Program-made: the position numbers and the translations under genes | Source: an uncultured Gemmatimonadales bacterium | GTDB lineage: Bacteria > Gemmatimonadota > Gemmatimonadetes > Longimicrobiales > Longimicrobiaceae | DNA length: 64,000 bases | Direction of reading: 5' to 3' | Assembly: GCA_963716255.1 (NCBI GenBank) | Contig: OY970303.1 | Location: 5,504,001-5,568,000 of the forward strand | Shown: positions 36,738 to 48,488 of the stretch, piece after piece | Layout: each line of letters begins with the position of its first letter | Position numbering within the stretch: the first letter of the stretch is position 1 | The notes under the pieces: generated by a model | The model's database searches: none | What the model was told of the DNA's origin: nothing | Seen by the model: only the letters and a program-made list of their open reading frames with translations

Positions 36738-36902
36738 CTGGCCGAAGGTCAGGCCGTTTGCCGTTGCGATCTGCGCCGGGAGGTCGGGAGAGCCTGCCCC
36801 GGCCGACCCCGTGCTCGGAGCTGTCCGGAGCGGCGAGCCGTTCGGCTCGGTGACGAAGCGCGCATGTGGAGGCAATCCCGTCCACGGACGGGCGCGGTTC
36901 GG

Positions 36903-36931
36903 TTGTGTGGGGGCGTATCTGCTTGTATTTT
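36903..36931 (+). promoter_or_regulatory. Possible sigma70 promoter for the GT2-ugd-uxs operon
   Basis: TTGTGT(36903)-N17-TATTTT(36926) in an AT-rich intergenic patch. Confidence 0.35.
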
Positions 36932-37066
36932 CCTGATCTCTGCTCCCGGGAAAGAGTCCCGGGAGCGTGCGCGTTCCGGTGACCCGCGGAAGACATTGAT
37001 CGTCGCGTACGGGAACGTCACGGACCCCGGCCCGCCGCTCGCAGCGTGACGCCGGCGCCCATCGGC

Positions 37067-37882
37067 ATGAGCGAGCGGACCGCCGGGGTCACGCTTTCCG
37101 TGGTCGTGCCGGCGTACAACGAGGAGACCACCATCGCCGCGCTCGTGCGCCGCGTGCGCGAGTGCCCGCTCCGGACCGAGGTCGTGGTGGTGGACGACGC
37201 CTCCACGGACGGGACGCGCGCCGTGCTGGAGTCGCTGCGGGCGGCGGGGCTGGTGGACCGGCTGGTGCTGCACGAGCACAACCAGGGCAAGGGAGCCGCG
37301 GTACGCTCCGCCATCCCGCACGTCACCGGCGAGCTGGTGGTGATCCAGGACGCGGACCTGGAGTACGACCCGGCCGACCTCCCGGCGCTGCTGCAGCCCA
37401 TCCTGGACGGCAGGGCCGACGCGGTGCTGGGGAGCCGGTTCCTGGGCGGCCCGCACCGCGTGCTGTACTTCTGGCACAGGGTGGGGAACGGGTTCCTGAC
37501 GCTGGTCTCGAACATGTTCACCAACCTGAACCTCACCGACATGGAAACGTGCTACAAGGTGGTGAGGTCGGACCTGATGAAGAGCCTGCCGCTGCGCTCG
37601 CGGCGCTTCGGCATCGAGCCCGAGCTGGTGGCCAGGCTCGCCCAGGCGGGCGCCCGCATCTACGAGGTCCCCATCAGCTACAGCGGGCGGACCTACGCCG
37701 AGGGGAAGAAGATCGGCTGGCGGGACGGGGTGGCCGCTTTCTGGCACATCCTCCGCTGCAACCTCGTCCCCCCGCGCGCGCCGGCGTACCGGCACGTGGC
37801 GGGGGGCGCGGGCGTGGTCCCGGCGGTGCCGGCGCCGGCCGTGGCGGAGCAGGCGGGGATGGCCCGTCTACACACCAACTGA
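37067..37882 (+). CDS. GT2 family, DPM1-like polyprenol-phosphate glycosyltransferase
   Basis: [50 protein letters not shown]. Confidence 0.9.
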   Translation: MSERTAGVTLSVVVPAYNEETTIAALVRRVRECPLRTEVVVVDDASTDGTRAVLESLRAAGLVDRLVLHEHNQGKGAAVRSAIPHVTGELVVIQDADLEYDPADLPALLQPILDGRADAVLGSRFLGGPHRVLYFWHRVGNGFLTLVSNMFTNLNLTDMETCYKVVRSDLMKSLPLRSRRFGIEPELVARLAQAGARIYEVPISYSGRTYAEGKKIGWRDGVAAFWHILRCNLVPPRAPAYRHVAGGAGVVPAVPAPAVAEQAGMARLHTN

Positions 37883-37898
37883 GAATCGTCGCGCGAAC

Positions 37899-39275
37899 AT
37901 GCAGATAACGGTCGTCGGCACGGGATACGTGGGGCTGGTGGTGGGAGCGTGCCTGGCGGAGACGGGGAACGACGTCGTCTGCGCCGACATCGACGCGGGC
38001 AAGATCGACCGGCTCAACGCCGGCGAGATCCCCATCTACGAGCCCGGGCTGGAGCCGCTGGTGGAGCGCAACCTTTCCGAGGGGCGCATCCGCTTCACCA
38101 CCGACGTGGCGGACGCCGTCCGCGCCGCCGAGATCGTCTTCATCGCCGTGGGCACCCCCCCGGGCGAGGACGGCTCCGCCGACCTGCAGCACGTGCTCGC
38201 CGTGGCCGAAACGGTGGGGCGCAACATGCCCGCCGACGGGCCCGAGAAGATCGTCATCACGAAGAGCACCGTCCCCGTGGGCACCGCCGGCAAGGTGCGC
38301 GAGGCAATCCGCCGCCACACCACGCGGCCCTTCCACGTCTGCTCCAACCCCGAGTTCCTCAAGGAAGGTGCGGCGGTCCAGGACTTCATGAAGCCCGACC
38401 GCGTGGTGGTGGGCGTGGAGTCCGAGTACGCCCGCGAGCGGCTGGCCGAGCTGTACGAGCCCTTCGTGCGCACCGGCAACCCCATCCTGTTCATGGACAT
38501 CGCCTCCGCGGAGATCACCAAGTACGCCGCCAACGCGATGCTCGCCACCCGCATCTCCTTCATGAACACCATCGCCGGCCTGTGCGAGGCCGTCGGGGCG
38601 GACGTGTCCAGGGTGCGCGCCGGGATCGGGACCGACGAGCGCATCGGCTCCAGCTTCCTTTTCGCCGGCATCGGCTACGGCGGGAGCTGCTTCCCCAAGG
38701 ACGTCAAGGCGCTGATCCACACGCTCCGCACCGTGGGCGTGGACCCGGTGATCCTGGAAGGGGTCGAGCACGTCAACGCCGCGCAGAAGTCGCTGCTGCT
38801 GGAGCGCGTCGTGGAGCGCTACGGCGAGGACCTTTCCGGCTGCACCTTCGCCGTCTGGGGGCTGTCCTTCAAGCCCGAGACCGACGACATGCGCGAGGCG
38901 CCGTCGCTCACCGTGCTGCGCGGACTGGCCGCGCGCGGCGCCCGGCTGTGCGCCCACGATCCCGAGGCGCGCCACGAGGCCGAGCGCCACCTCGGCGACC
39001 TGGTGGAGTCCGGGGCGCTCACCCTGTTCGAGCACAACTACGACTGCCTGGGCGGCGCCGACGCGCTCCTGGTGCTCACCGAGTGGGCCCCGTACCGCCG
39101 CCCCGACTTCGGTCGCATCCGCTCGCTGCTGCGCGAGCCGGTGGTCTTCGACGGGCGCAACCTGTGGGAGCCGGAGAAGATGCGCGAGCAGGGCTTCCAC
39201 TACGTGTCCGTCGGCCGCTCCTCCGTCGCCCCGCTGGCGGCGGTGCAGGCGCAGCCGCACGCGGCGGCGCGCTGA
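37899..39275 (+). CDS. ugd: UDP-glucose 6-dehydrogenase
   Basis: [53 protein letters not shown]. Confidence 0.93.
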   Translation: MQITVVGTGYVGLVVGACLAETGNDVVCADIDAGKIDRLNAGEIPIYEPGLEPLVERNLSEGRIRFTTDVADAVRAAEIVFIAVGTPPGEDGSADLQHVLAVAETVGRNMPADGPEKIVITKSTVPVGTAGKVREAIRRHTTRPFHVCSNPEFLKEGAAVQDFMKPDRVVVGVESEYARERLAELYEPFVRTGNPILFMDIASAEITKYAANAMLATRISFMNTIAGLCEAVGADVSRVRAGIGTDERIGSSFLFAGIGYGGSCFPKDVKALIHTLRTVGVDPVILEGVEHVNAAQKSLLLERVVERYGEDLSGCTFAVWGLSFKPETDDMREAPSLTVLRGLAARGARLCAHDPEARHEAERHLGDLVESGALTLFEHNYDCLGGADALLVLTEWAPYRRPDFGRIRSLLREPVVFDGRNLWEPEKMREQGFHYVSVGRSSVAPLAAVQAQPHAAAR

Positions 39276-39285
39276 GGGCCGCGGA

Positions 39286-40248
<963 letters not shown>

Positions 40249-40281
40249 CCGCCGCGCGCCGGCTCTCCTCCCGGCGCCCGG

Positions 40282-41328
40282 ATGTCCCCCCTTTCCATGG
40301 CATCGATGAACGTGACCGGGCGGAGTCCGGCTACCCAGGCCTCCACCGAGCGTGGCTCCCCCCGCGGGGAGGCGGCGCAGCCGGCCGTCCGTGCCACGGT
40401 GCGGGTGGCCGTGTGCGTGGCGACGCTGCAGCGCCCCCTGCTCCTTGGGGCGCTGCTGGACAGCCTCGCGGGGCTGGAGTTCCGCAAGAGCGCCCCGGTG
40501 GAGCCGTTCATCGTGGTCGTGGACAACGACCGGGGGGAGACCGCCCGCGAAGTCGTGGAGGCGGCGCGTGACCGGCTGCCGTTTCCGGTCGTCTACAACG
40601 TCGAGCCCAACCGGGGCATTCCGCACGCGCGCAACTGCGGGGTGCGCACGGCGCTCCGCGAGGGCGCCGAGTTCGTGGCCTTCATCGACGACGACGAGGT
40701 CGCGAGCCCCGACTGGCTGGACGAGCTCCTGTACGTGCAGCGCCAGAGCGGCGCGGACGTGGTCAGCGGTCCCTCGCTGCCGCGCTTCGCGCCCGGGGTG
40801 GAACCGTGGGTGGTGGAGGGCGGCTTCTTCACCTATCCCCGCTACGCGACCGGGGAAGCCATCCCCATCGCGGCCACCAACAACGCGCTGGTGGCCGCGC
40901 AGCTGTTCCGCGGCACGGAGGAGCCCTTCGACCCGACCTTCGGGCTGAGCGGGATGGACGACTCGCACTTCTTCATGCGGGTCAGGATGTCCGGGGCCAG
41001 GCTGGTGTGGGCGGACGAGGCGCGCGTGGAGGAGTTCATCCCCGCGTCGCGCGCCCGGGTGGGGTGGATCGTGAAACGGGCCTTCCGCATCGGCAACGGC
41101 TACGTGTTCTGCGTCCGGGCGCTGTCGCCACCGCACCGCTGGGTCATTCCCCGGGTTGCGGGGGCGCTGGCCCGCATCGGGTACGGCACGCTCGCGCTGC
41201 CGTTCGCGGCGGCCCGGGGCCGCGCGCCGCTGGTGAGCGCGCTGCGCACGATCTCCAACGGGGCGGGGTCGCTGGTGGCGCTGGCGGGCAAGCGCTACCA
41301 GGAGTACACCGTCATCCATGGCCGGTGA
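40282..41328 (+). CDS. GT2 family glycosyltransferase (ExoM-like)
   Basis: VVDND, GIPHARN, AFIDDDE, FGLSGMDDSHFF; start may be 40297 or 40306. Confidence 0.85.
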   Translation: MSPLSMASMNVTGRSPATQASTERGSPRGEAAQPAVRATVRVAVCVATLQRPLLLGALLDSLAGLEFRKSAPVEPFIVVVDNDRGETAREVVEAARDRLPFPVVYNVEPNRGIPHARNCGVRTALREGAEFVAFIDDDEVASPDWLDELLYVQRQSGADVVSGPSLPRFAPGVEPWVVEGGFFTYPRYATGEAIPIAATNNALVAAQLFRGTEEPFDPTFGLSGMDDSHFFMRVRMSGARLVWADEARVEEFIPASRARVGWIVKRAFRIGNGYVFCVRALSPPHRWVIPRVAGALARIGYGTLALPFAAARGRAPLVSALRTISNGAGSLVALAGKRYQEYTVIHGR

Positions 41329-41365
41329 GCGGACAGGGTCCGCGTCGCCATCCACGAGGTACGTA

Positions 41366-43330
41366 ATGCAACCGGGGACCAGCTTCCTGATCCGCGCGCC
41401 GCTCAATCTGGTGCGCCGGATTCGCTACATGCACCGGCGGTCGGTGGCCTTCTGCGTGTACACGGGGGTGACCGCCCTCTCGTACGCCCTGGCCTTCCTG
41501 CTGCGCTTCGAGTTCGGCTGGCCCGGCGTCTACACGACCACCTTCCTGGCCACCCTTCCCCTGCTGGTCGTGGTGCGGCACGTCTGCCACCTGCTGTTCC
41601 GGCTGACCACCGGCCGGTGGCGGTTCGTGGGCGTGGACGACGTGCTCCGCCTGGCCGCCGCCACCCTGGTGGGCTCGGCGGTGTTCTTCGCGCTCACGCG
41701 CGGCGCGCCCTTCCCGCTGCCGGTGCCCAAGTCGGTGGTGGCCGGGGAGGCCATCCTCAGCGTCCTCTTCACCTCCGCCGTCTGGATCTCGTACCGGGCT
41801 GCCTTCGAGGCGCTCCGCTACCGCCTGTCCGCCCGGGGGCAGCAGGAGGTGCGGGTGCTGATCATCGGGGCGGGCGAGTCCGGGTACATGCTGGCCCGCG
41901 AGATGTCGCGCCGGAACACCGGGTACCGCCCGGTGGGCTTCGTGGACGACGACCCTCACAAGTGGGGGACGCGCCTGGCCGGGCTGGAGGTGATCGGCTC
42001 GCTCTCCGACCTGCGGGCGATCACCGAGGCGTACCGGGTGGAGGAGCTGGTGCTGGCGGTGCCGTACGCCACCCCCGCGCAGATGCGCACCATCGTGGAG
42101 CGCTGCGAGAGCACGGAGCTTCCCTTCCGCGTGCTCCCCAGCATCGCCGAGGTGCTGGCCGGGCACGTGCGGCTGGACCAGGTGCGCGAGGTGCGCATCG
42201 AGGACCTTCTGGGCCGGGAGCCGGTGGAGCTGGAGCTCCAGGAGCTCGCCGAGGACCTCCAGGGCGCCTGCGTGCTGATCACCGGCGCGGCGGGCTCCAT
42301 CGGCTCGGAATTGTCGCGGCAGATCGCCCTGCACACCCCGGCGACGCTGGTGCTCTTCGACCAGGCGGAGACCGAGCTGTACTTCCTGGAGCTGGAGATC
42401 CGCGAGCGCCACCCCAGGCTGCGCATCGTCCCGGTGATCGGCGACATCGTGGACCGCGACGCGGTGGAGGCGGTGTTCGAGGCGTTCGGACCCACCCACG
42501 TCTTCCACGCGGCCGCGTACAAGCACGTGCCCATGATGGAGACCAACGTGCGCCAGGCCGTCCGCAACAACGCCATCGGCACCTGGGTGCTCGCCGAGGC
42601 CGCGGGGCGGCACGGCGCGCGCAAGTTCGTGCTGGTGAGCACCGACAAGGCGGTCAAGCCGGTGAGCGTGATGGGCGCCACCAAGCGCCTGGCGGAGATG
42701 GTGGTGCTGGAAACGCAGGAGCGGCACCCGGACACCGTGTACGCGGCGGTGCGCTTCGGCAACGTGCTGGGGAGCAACGGCAGCGTCATCCCGCTCTTCA
42801 AGCGGCAGCTCGCGTCCGGGAAGCCGCTGACGGTGACGCACCCGGACGCCACCCGCTACTTCATGACCATCCCGGAGGCGGTGCAGCTCATCCTGCAGGC
42901 GTCGCTCCTGGACGAGATCCGCGGGCAGATCGCCATGCTGGAGATGGGCGAGCCGGTCCGCATCCTGGACCTCGCGCGCAACCTGCTGCGCCTGTCGGGG
43001 AACCGCTCGCGCAGGAGGAGCATCGTCTTCACCGGGATGCGGCCGGGGGAAAAGCTCCACGAGGAGCTGGTCGCCCCCGACGAGGAGACCATCGAGACGA
43101 CCATCCCCAAGGTGCGGCTCATCCGCACGGGGGACGCCGCCGGGCAGGCGGTCGGCGACACGCTCTCCACCTGGGACCTGGCCTTCCGCTCGCACCGCGA
43201 CGCCGAGGTGGCGGCCTCGCTCGCCGGGCTCTTCCCGGCGCTCAGCTTCGGCAGGGGCGCGCCGGTCGCGGCCGCCGCCCCGGTGCGGCCCGGCATCCCC
43301 GCCGCCCAGCTGGAGCAGACGGCGCGGTAG
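41366..43330 (+). CDS. Membrane-bound UDP-GlcNAc 4,6-dehydratase (CapD/PglF/WbpM family)
   Basis: Four N-terminal TMs, IEDLLGRE, TGAAGSIGSEL, HAAAYKHVPMME, STDKAV, MGATK, RFGNVLGS, RPGEKLHEEL. Confidence 0.92.
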   Translation: MQPGTSFLIRAPLNLVRRIRYMHRRSVAFCVYTGVTALSYALAFLLRFEFGWPGVYTTTFLATLPLLVVVRHVCHLLFRLTTGRWRFVGVDDVLRLAAATLVGSAVFFALTRGAPFPLPVPKSVVAGEAILSVLFTSAVWISYRAAFEALRYRLSARGQQEVRVLIIGAGESGYMLAREMSRRNTGYRPVGFVDDDPHKWGTRLAGLEVIGSLSDLRAITEAYRVEELVLAVPYATPAQMRTIVERCESTELPFRVLPSIAEVLAGHVRLDQVREVRIEDLLGREPVELELQELAEDLQGACVLITGAAGSIGSELSRQIALHTPATLVLFDQAETELYFLELEIRERHPRLRIVPVIGDIVDRDAVEAVFEAFGPTHVFHAAAYKHVPMMETNVRQAVRNNAIGTWVLAEAAGRHGARKFVLVSTDKAVKPVSVMGATKRLAEMVVLETQERHPDTVYAAVRFGNVLGSNGSVIPLFKRQLASGKPLTVTHPDATRYFMTIPEAVQLILQASLLDEIRGQIAMLEMGEPVRILDLARNLLRLSGNRSRRRSIVFTGMRPGEKLHEELVAPDEETIETTIPKVRLIRTGDAAGQAVGDTLSTWDLAFRSHRDAEVAASLAGLFPALSFGRGAPVAAAAPVRPGIPAAQLEQTAR

Positions 43331-43345
43331 CGCCGGAGCGCCCGC

Positions 43346-44401
43346 ATGTCCCGCCTCGCCGCCTCCCCCCGCCCCGACGCCGAGCCCCTGCGCGACTCCC
43401 CCGAGCCGGCGGTGCCCGCCCCGCCCGCCGGCCCCGACCTGTCGGTGGTCGTGGTGAACCGGAACACCCGGGAGCTGCTGGCGGAGTGCCTGGCCTCGGT
43501 CCGGGCGGCGGCGGGGCCGCTCGGCGTGGAGGTGATCGTGGTGGACAACGGGTCCACCGACGGGAGCGCGCAGCGGGTGCGCGACGAGTTCCCGGAAGTC
43601 CGGCTCATCGAGAACCGGGCCAACACCGGCTACGCATTCCCCAACAACCAGGGACTCGCCGCCAGCCGGGGCCGCTACGTGCTCCTGCTGAACAGCGACA
43701 CCGAGGTGGGGCCCTCCGCGCTGGCCCGCCTGGTGGAATTCATGGACACGCACCCGGGAGCGGGCGCCTGCGGCCCGCTCCTCCGCTACCCGGACGGGCG
43801 GCTGCAGCGGTCGTGCTACAGCGTCCCGTCCCCGCGCACCTACCTTTCCGCCGCGTTCACGCTGGACCGGCTCTTTCCCCGCAGCCGGGCGTTCGGCAAC
43901 GAGCACACCGGTTTCGCGCACGACCGCACCGCTCCGGTGGGGGCGCTGCTCGGGGCGGCGCTGCTGGTGCGGCGCGAGGTGCTGGCCACGGTGGGCGGGC
44001 TGGACGAGCGGCTGCGGATCCACTACAACGACTTCGACTGGTGCCTGCGGATCCGCGAGGCGGGGTGGGAGGTGTGCTTCGTCCACGACGCCGAGGTGGT
44101 CCACCACCTCCAGGCCACCACCCGCGCCGAGAACCGCCACCTCCGCCTGCAGGGGGAGCTGGTGCGCAACCTCTTCGACTACCACGAGAAGCACTACGGG
44201 CGGCGGGGGGTGAGGCGGGTCCGTCTCGCCATGCTGCTGGGGTGGGGGGGGCGCTGGGCGGTGTTCGGGGCGCTGGGCAGGCTCTTTCCGGACCGGGCGG
44301 GGGAGGTCTCGTCGCGCTTCCGGCGGGGGATGGTGCGCGCCGCCTGGACGGGGGACCCGGAGCAGTTCGGTGCCGACCGGGTGGAGATCGAGGACCGTTG
44401 A
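43346..44401 (+). CDS. GT2 family glycosyltransferase (WbbL-like)
   Basis: VVDNGSTDGS, NTGYAFPNNQG, LLLNSD, DFDWCLR. Confidence 0.9.
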   Translation: MSRLAASPRPDAEPLRDSPEPAVPAPPAGPDLSVVVVNRNTRELLAECLASVRAAAGPLGVEVIVVDNGSTDGSAQRVRDEFPEVRLIENRANTGYAFPNNQGLAASRGRYVLLLNSDTEVGPSALARLVEFMDTHPGAGACGPLLRYPDGRLQRSCYSVPSPRTYLSAAFTLDRLFPRSRAFGNEHTGFAHDRTAPVGALLGAALLVRREVLATVGGLDERLRIHYNDFDWCLRIREAGWEVCFVHDAEVVHHLQATTRAENRHLRLQGELVRNLFDYHEKHYGRRGVRRVRLAMLLGWGGRWAVFGALGRLFPDRAGEVSSRFRRGMVRAAWTGDPEQFGADRVEIEDR

Positions 44402-44427
44402 CGTTTGGAACGGCTTTGAACGGCGGG

Positions 44428-44580
44428 TTCGGGCGTGCCCCCGGCTGGCGCCGGGGTCGGGCTTCGGCTCCGTAGGGCTGCAAACAACGCAGCCCAACGG
44501 AGTCGAGCCCCGCGAAACTGCCCGCGGGTCTCGCCCCTTCGGGCCGAAATCCCTCACGCGGGACTCACGCTGGCGTCCGC
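44428..44580 (+). repeat. Structured intergenic repeat, copy 5
   Basis: Variable stem GGGCTGC-aaacaac-GCAGCCC; shares the upstream ttggaacggct...cggcggg flank with copy 2. Confidence 0.92.
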
Positions 44581-44581
44581 G

Positions 44582-44638
44582 GGGGCCCCCTCCCCGGCGC
44601 TACGCGCCACCCTTCCCCCGCAAGCGGGAGAGGGGAAG
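44582..44638 (+). repeat. REP-like hairpin unit attached to structured repeat copy 5
   Basis: ggggccccctccccggcgctacgcgccacc-cttccccc-gcaagcgggaga-ggggaag. Confidence 0.65.
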
Positions 44639-44745
44639 CACGGCACTGCACAAGCAGTTGCCCCCTCTCCCAGAATGGCGCTTCACGCTTCGCGTGAACC
44701 GTATGAAGGACCCGGGTGGCGGCTCGGAGGCCGCCGGGTGAGGGT

Positions 44746-46683
44746 CTACGGGCGCGGCGGGATCGCCAGCTCCTGTCCGGCGCGGATCGTGTCGCCCGGG
44801 AGCGCGTTGGCGGCGCGGATCGCGGCCACGGTGACCCCGTAGCGGCGGGCGATCCCGAACAGGGTCTCGCCGGGCTGCACGCGGTGACGCCGCGCGCCGG
44901 CGGCGCGCGGCGGCGCCGCGGGCTCCGCGCGCGCGGAGCCCTGCCGCGGGGCGGCCGTGTCGGCGGGCGCCGGGGCGGCGTCGGGCATCGGCGGGGCGGG
45001 GGCCGGGGGCGGCGGGACCGCCTCGCGGCGGGCCGGGAGGGGACGCCGCGGGGTCGCGGGGGTCACGCCCAGGCGGAGCGTGTGGTTGACGATGTCCTCC
45101 GCGTCGTCCGAGCTTTCCCAGCTCTGGCCGCGGTTCTGGTACAGGTAGTTGTAGCGGGTGCCGGCGGTCCACTCCGCGTCCACGCGGAGCGAGGCCACGT
45201 CCAGGCTGCCGCGGAGACCGCCGAAGAGCGAAACGTCGTGCGCCAGGAACGGCCACCCCACGATCTGGGCCCGGGCCGTGGTGTAGAACGCGTCGTTGTC
45301 CCAGCGGATGCGCCCGCCGAAGGCGCCCACGCGCCAGCGGGAGGCCAGGTAGTCCACGGCGGCCCACTGGCTGGACGCCCCGGGCCCGATGCTCGCCCCG
45401 ATCACCTGCCCCTCGTTGGTGTAGCCCTGCGGCACGGCCGGGCCGGTGTACATGCTCACCGACTCCAGCCCGCGGGGGGTCTGCTCCAGGTAGGTCGCCT
45501 CCAGCTGAAGCCGGAGCGCGTCGCCGCCGCGGACGGGCCGGGCGCCCTGGACGCCCAGGGTGTAGCCCAGCGAGAGCGCCGGGTTGTCCAGGAAGTTCAG
45601 CATGGAGCCGGGGAGGTCCTGCCGGGTCAGCTCGGCGTACACCTCGAAGCCGTTCTCCGGGAAGACCCAGCGGCCGAAGAACGAAAGCAGCTGGTCCGCG
45701 CGGCGCGCCTCGCGCAGCGAGTCGCCGGGAGTGCCGAAGCGCCAGCGGGTGAAGACGTCCGCCGCGTGGCCGGCCACGTCGCCGGGCTCGTCCACCAGCG
45801 ACTGGACCGTCCGCGCCATCCCCACGGTGAGGCCGCGGTCGAAGGCCGGGCTGAAGGTGAGCGCCATCCCGCTGAGGGCGCGCACGTCCGCGGCGGCGGT
45901 GTCGAAGTACTCCGACTGGCGCAGCCGCCCCACCATCCACCGCCCCTCCAGCGTCCCCAGCCGCGTCCTCACCGGCGAGGCCGTGCGCAGGAAGAGGTGG
46001 GGAAAGCCGGGCGCGTTGTTGCTCATCACCAGCGCGTTGCGGATGCCCGGGCCCCACCACTGGCTTTCCGTGGAGGCGCCGAAGGACGCCCCACCCACCC
46101 GCACGGCGACCGCGCTCTGCCCGGGGGTCACCCGGGTGGCGGCATCGTCGCCGAAGCGCAGGGGGAGGTCCGCGGAGCGCCGCCCGAAGTACCAGGGCGG
46201 CGAGTTCCCGTGCCGCGCCAGGTCCGTGAACTCCGGGAGGTCGAAGTCGCGGTTCTGCTCGTACTGGAGCTCCGGCGCGAGGAGAACGGACAGCGGCCCC
46301 CAGCGGAGCCACGCCCCCGCGAGGAGGCGCGCGTTTGCGCCCCGCCCGGCGCGCAGGGCGCCGTCGTTGAGCGAGTTGGGGAGGGCCGAGTTCCAGGTGA
46401 AGTCCAGCTCGGGGGCGAGAACGGCCCACTCCCAGGGCCCGTCGCCCGGACGGATGCGCTCGGACGCGGAGCGCACCAGGAACCCCTCGGTGGACGCTTC
46501 CCCCAGCAGCTGGCCGGTGCGCAGGCGGTCGTCGTAGTCGCCCCCCACGACGGGGAGCACGCGCACGGCGCCCCCGGGAAGGGCGGCCTGCGGGACCGTG
46601 TCGGGGGCCTGGGCGGGGAGGGGCGCGGCGAGCGCCGAGAGCGCTGCGAAGAGCAGAGTCGGGAGGAGGATCCGCCGTGCCAT
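44746..46683 (-). CDS. Wzi-like outer-membrane beta-barrel (type A, copy 2) fused to a Pro/Ala linker and C-terminal LysM
   Basis: Signal peptide; DLPLRFGD, SQWWGPGIRNALVMSNNAPGFPH, GYTNEGQVIGA; ends HRVQPGETLFGIARRYGVTVAAIRAANALPGDTIRAGQELAIP (LysM). Confidence 0.82.
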   Translation of the reverse strand: MARRILLPTLLFAALSALAAPLPAQAPDTVPQAALPGGAVRVLPVVGGDYDDRLRTGQLLGEASTEGFLVRSASERIRPGDGPWEWAVLAPELDFTWNSALPNSLNDGALRAGRGANARLLAGAWLRWGPLSVLLAPELQYEQNRDFDLPEFTDLARHGNSPPWYFGRRSADLPLRFGDDAATRVTPGQSAVAVRVGGASFGASTESQWWGPGIRNALVMSNNAPGFPHLFLRTASPVRTRLGTLEGRWMVGRLRQSEYFDTAAADVRALSGMALTFSPAFDRGLTVGMARTVQSLVDEPGDVAGHAADVFTRWRFGTPGDSLREARRADQLLSFFGRWVFPENGFEVYAELTRQDLPGSMLNFLDNPALSLGYTLGVQGARPVRGGDALRLQLEATYLEQTPRGLESVSMYTGPAVPQGYTNEGQVIGASIGPGASSQWAAVDYLASRWRVGAFGGRIRWDNDAFYTTARAQIVGWPFLAHDVSLFGGLRGSLDVASLRVDAEWTAGTRYNYLYQNRGQSWESSDDAEDIVNHTLRLGVTPATPRRPLPARREAVPPPPAPAPPMPDAAPAPADTAAPRQGSARAEPAAPPRAAGARRHRVQPGETLFGIARRYGVTVAAIRAANALPGDTIRAGQELAIPPRP

Positions 46684-46722
46684 GCCGTGGGTTCTGAAAA
46701 GGGACAAAGTGCGCGTCCACAC

Positions 46723-46770
46723 TGGACAACGGCTCCAGGGGATGATAACATCATGGCCCATGCGGGTCTA
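46723..46770. promoter_or_regulatory. Putative bidirectional sigma70-type promoter, module 2
   Basis: + strand TGGACA(46723)-N17-TAACAT(46746); - strand TAGACC(46770)-N17-TATCAT(46747) with TG extension. Confidence 0.6.
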
Positions 46771-46808
46771 GGCTGGGGAGGGCGAACTTGGCGAGCAGCG
46801 GTCCGATC

Positions 46809-48443
46809 GTGAGCAGAGCGTTTTTTCATCGATCGCGAGGCCTGAGAGGAGCCTTCGTCCTCACCGGCATCGCGATCTTCGTTTCGCCGCTGGGCGCCCA
46901 GAACCGCGTGCCCTCGGGGATCGATCTCGGCGTGGTGTTCGCCGGGAGCGAGGGCGAGGAGTACCTGCGCAGCCTGCAGGTGGCGGGCGCGGCGCCTCTG
47001 TACCCGTGGAGCCTGCGGGGGTTTTCGGCGCCCGAGGTGGCCGCGCTCCTGCCCGACAGCCTGACGCACCCCTGGGCCGCGCGCTTCCCGCAGGGCGGGG
47101 AGGGCGCGATTCCGCGCAGGCTGGGCGTGATCCCCCCCCAGGCGGAGCTGCGCTTCAACTCCGGCTTCCCCTACGGCTCCAACGACGCGGCGCTGTGGGC
47201 GGGGCGGGGGATGTCGGCGGCGGTCACGGCGGGGGTGGCGGGTCGCTACGGGCCGGTGTCCTACGTGCTGGCTCCCACGGCGGTGTGGGCCCAGAACGCC
47301 GAGTTCCCCCTGCAGGCCAACGGCTCCACGGAGCCGTTCGCGGACGGGCGCTCGCCCACCTCCATCGACCTGCCGCAGCGCTTCGGCGACGGCGCCTACG
47401 CGCGGCTCGATCCCGGCCAGAGCACCCTGCGGCTGGACGCCCGCGGCGTGGCGCTGGGGCTTTCCACCGCGGACCAGGTGTGGGGGCCCGCTTCGCGCTT
47501 CCCCCTGGTGCTGGGGAACAACGCGCCCGGCTTCCCGCACCTCTTCGCGGGGACCTCGCGCCCGGTGAGCGTGGGCGTGGGGAAGCTGCACGCCCGGTTC
47601 GTCTGGGGGCGGCTCTCGCAGTCGGACTACTCGCCGGTCGCGGCGGACTCCTCGATCCGCTTCATGTCCGGGCTGGTGGCGACGTTCACCCCGCGGGGGC
47701 TCCCCGGCCTGGAGGTGGGCGCGTCGCGCTTCTACCACCTCCCCTGGACGGACGACGGGCCCGCCCTCCGCGCGTTCCTCCGCCCGGTGGAAGGGATCTT
47801 CAAGATCGAGACGGCCGACCCGGACGACCTGCAGCCGCTGACGGAGGCCAACCAGCTCGCCTCGCTCTTCGCGCGCTACGTCGCGCCGCGGTCCGGCTTC
47901 GAGGTGTACGGCGAGTACGGCCGCGAGGACCACAACTTCGATCTCCGGGACTTCATCCTGGAGCCGGACCACATGAGCGCCTACACGCTCGGCTTCCGCA
48001 AGGTGTGGAAGCGCGTGGAGCCGCGCTGGGTGGTGCTCCGCGGCGAGGTCGCGAACACCCAGGCCACCCACCTGGCGCGCGTCCGGCACCAGGGTCCGTA
48101 CTACGCGCACCACTCGCTCCGGCAGGGTCACACCAACGCCGGGCAGCTCCTGGTCCCGGCCGCCGCGTACGGCGGCGGCGGGGCGACGCTCGGGGTGGAC
48201 TACCTGCATCCGCGCGGGCGCTGGACGGTCTCCTGGGCGCGCGAGCTCCGTGCGTACGCACCCCCGGACACCGCCGTCGCCGGGACGCGCGACGTCATGC
48301 ATTCGCTGGGGGGGGAGGCTGTCTTCTTCCGCCGGGGGGTGGACCTCACGGCCGGGGTCACCGGCGTGTACAACCGCAACCGCTACTTCGTGTCGGACGA
48401 GTTCAACCTGAACCTCGCCTTCGGCGCGAGGATCGGGCTCTGA
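46809..48443 (+). CDS. Capsule assembly Wzi-like outer-membrane beta-barrel (type B, copy 2)
   Basis: IDLPQRFGDG, QVWGPA..LGNNAPGFPH, QGHTNAGQLL; paralog of 3434-5167. Confidence 0.75.
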   Translation: MSRAFFHRSRGLRGAFVLTGIAIFVSPLGAQNRVPSGIDLGVVFAGSEGEEYLRSLQVAGAAPLYPWSLRGFSAPEVAALLPDSLTHPWAARFPQGGEGAIPRRLGVIPPQAELRFNSGFPYGSNDAALWAGRGMSAAVTAGVAGRYGPVSYVLAPTAVWAQNAEFPLQANGSTEPFADGRSPTSIDLPQRFGDGAYARLDPGQSTLRLDARGVALGLSTADQVWGPASRFPLVLGNNAPGFPHLFAGTSRPVSVGVGKLHARFVWGRLSQSDYSPVAADSSIRFMSGLVATFTPRGLPGLEVGASRFYHLPWTDDGPALRAFLRPVEGIFKIETADPDDLQPLTEANQLASLFARYVAPRSGFEVYGEYGREDHNFDLRDFILEPDHMSAYTLGFRKVWKRVEPRWVVLRGEVANTQATHLARVRHQGPYYAHHSLRQGHTNAGQLLVPAAAYGGGGATLGVDYLHPRGRWTVSWARELRAYAPPDTAVAGTRDVMHSLGGEAVFFRRGVDLTAGVTGVYNRNRYFVSDEFNLNLAFGARIGL

Positions 48444-48488
48444 GGCGGGATCGTGCGCGAAATCATCCAATCCGCTGCTGAAGCAGAC

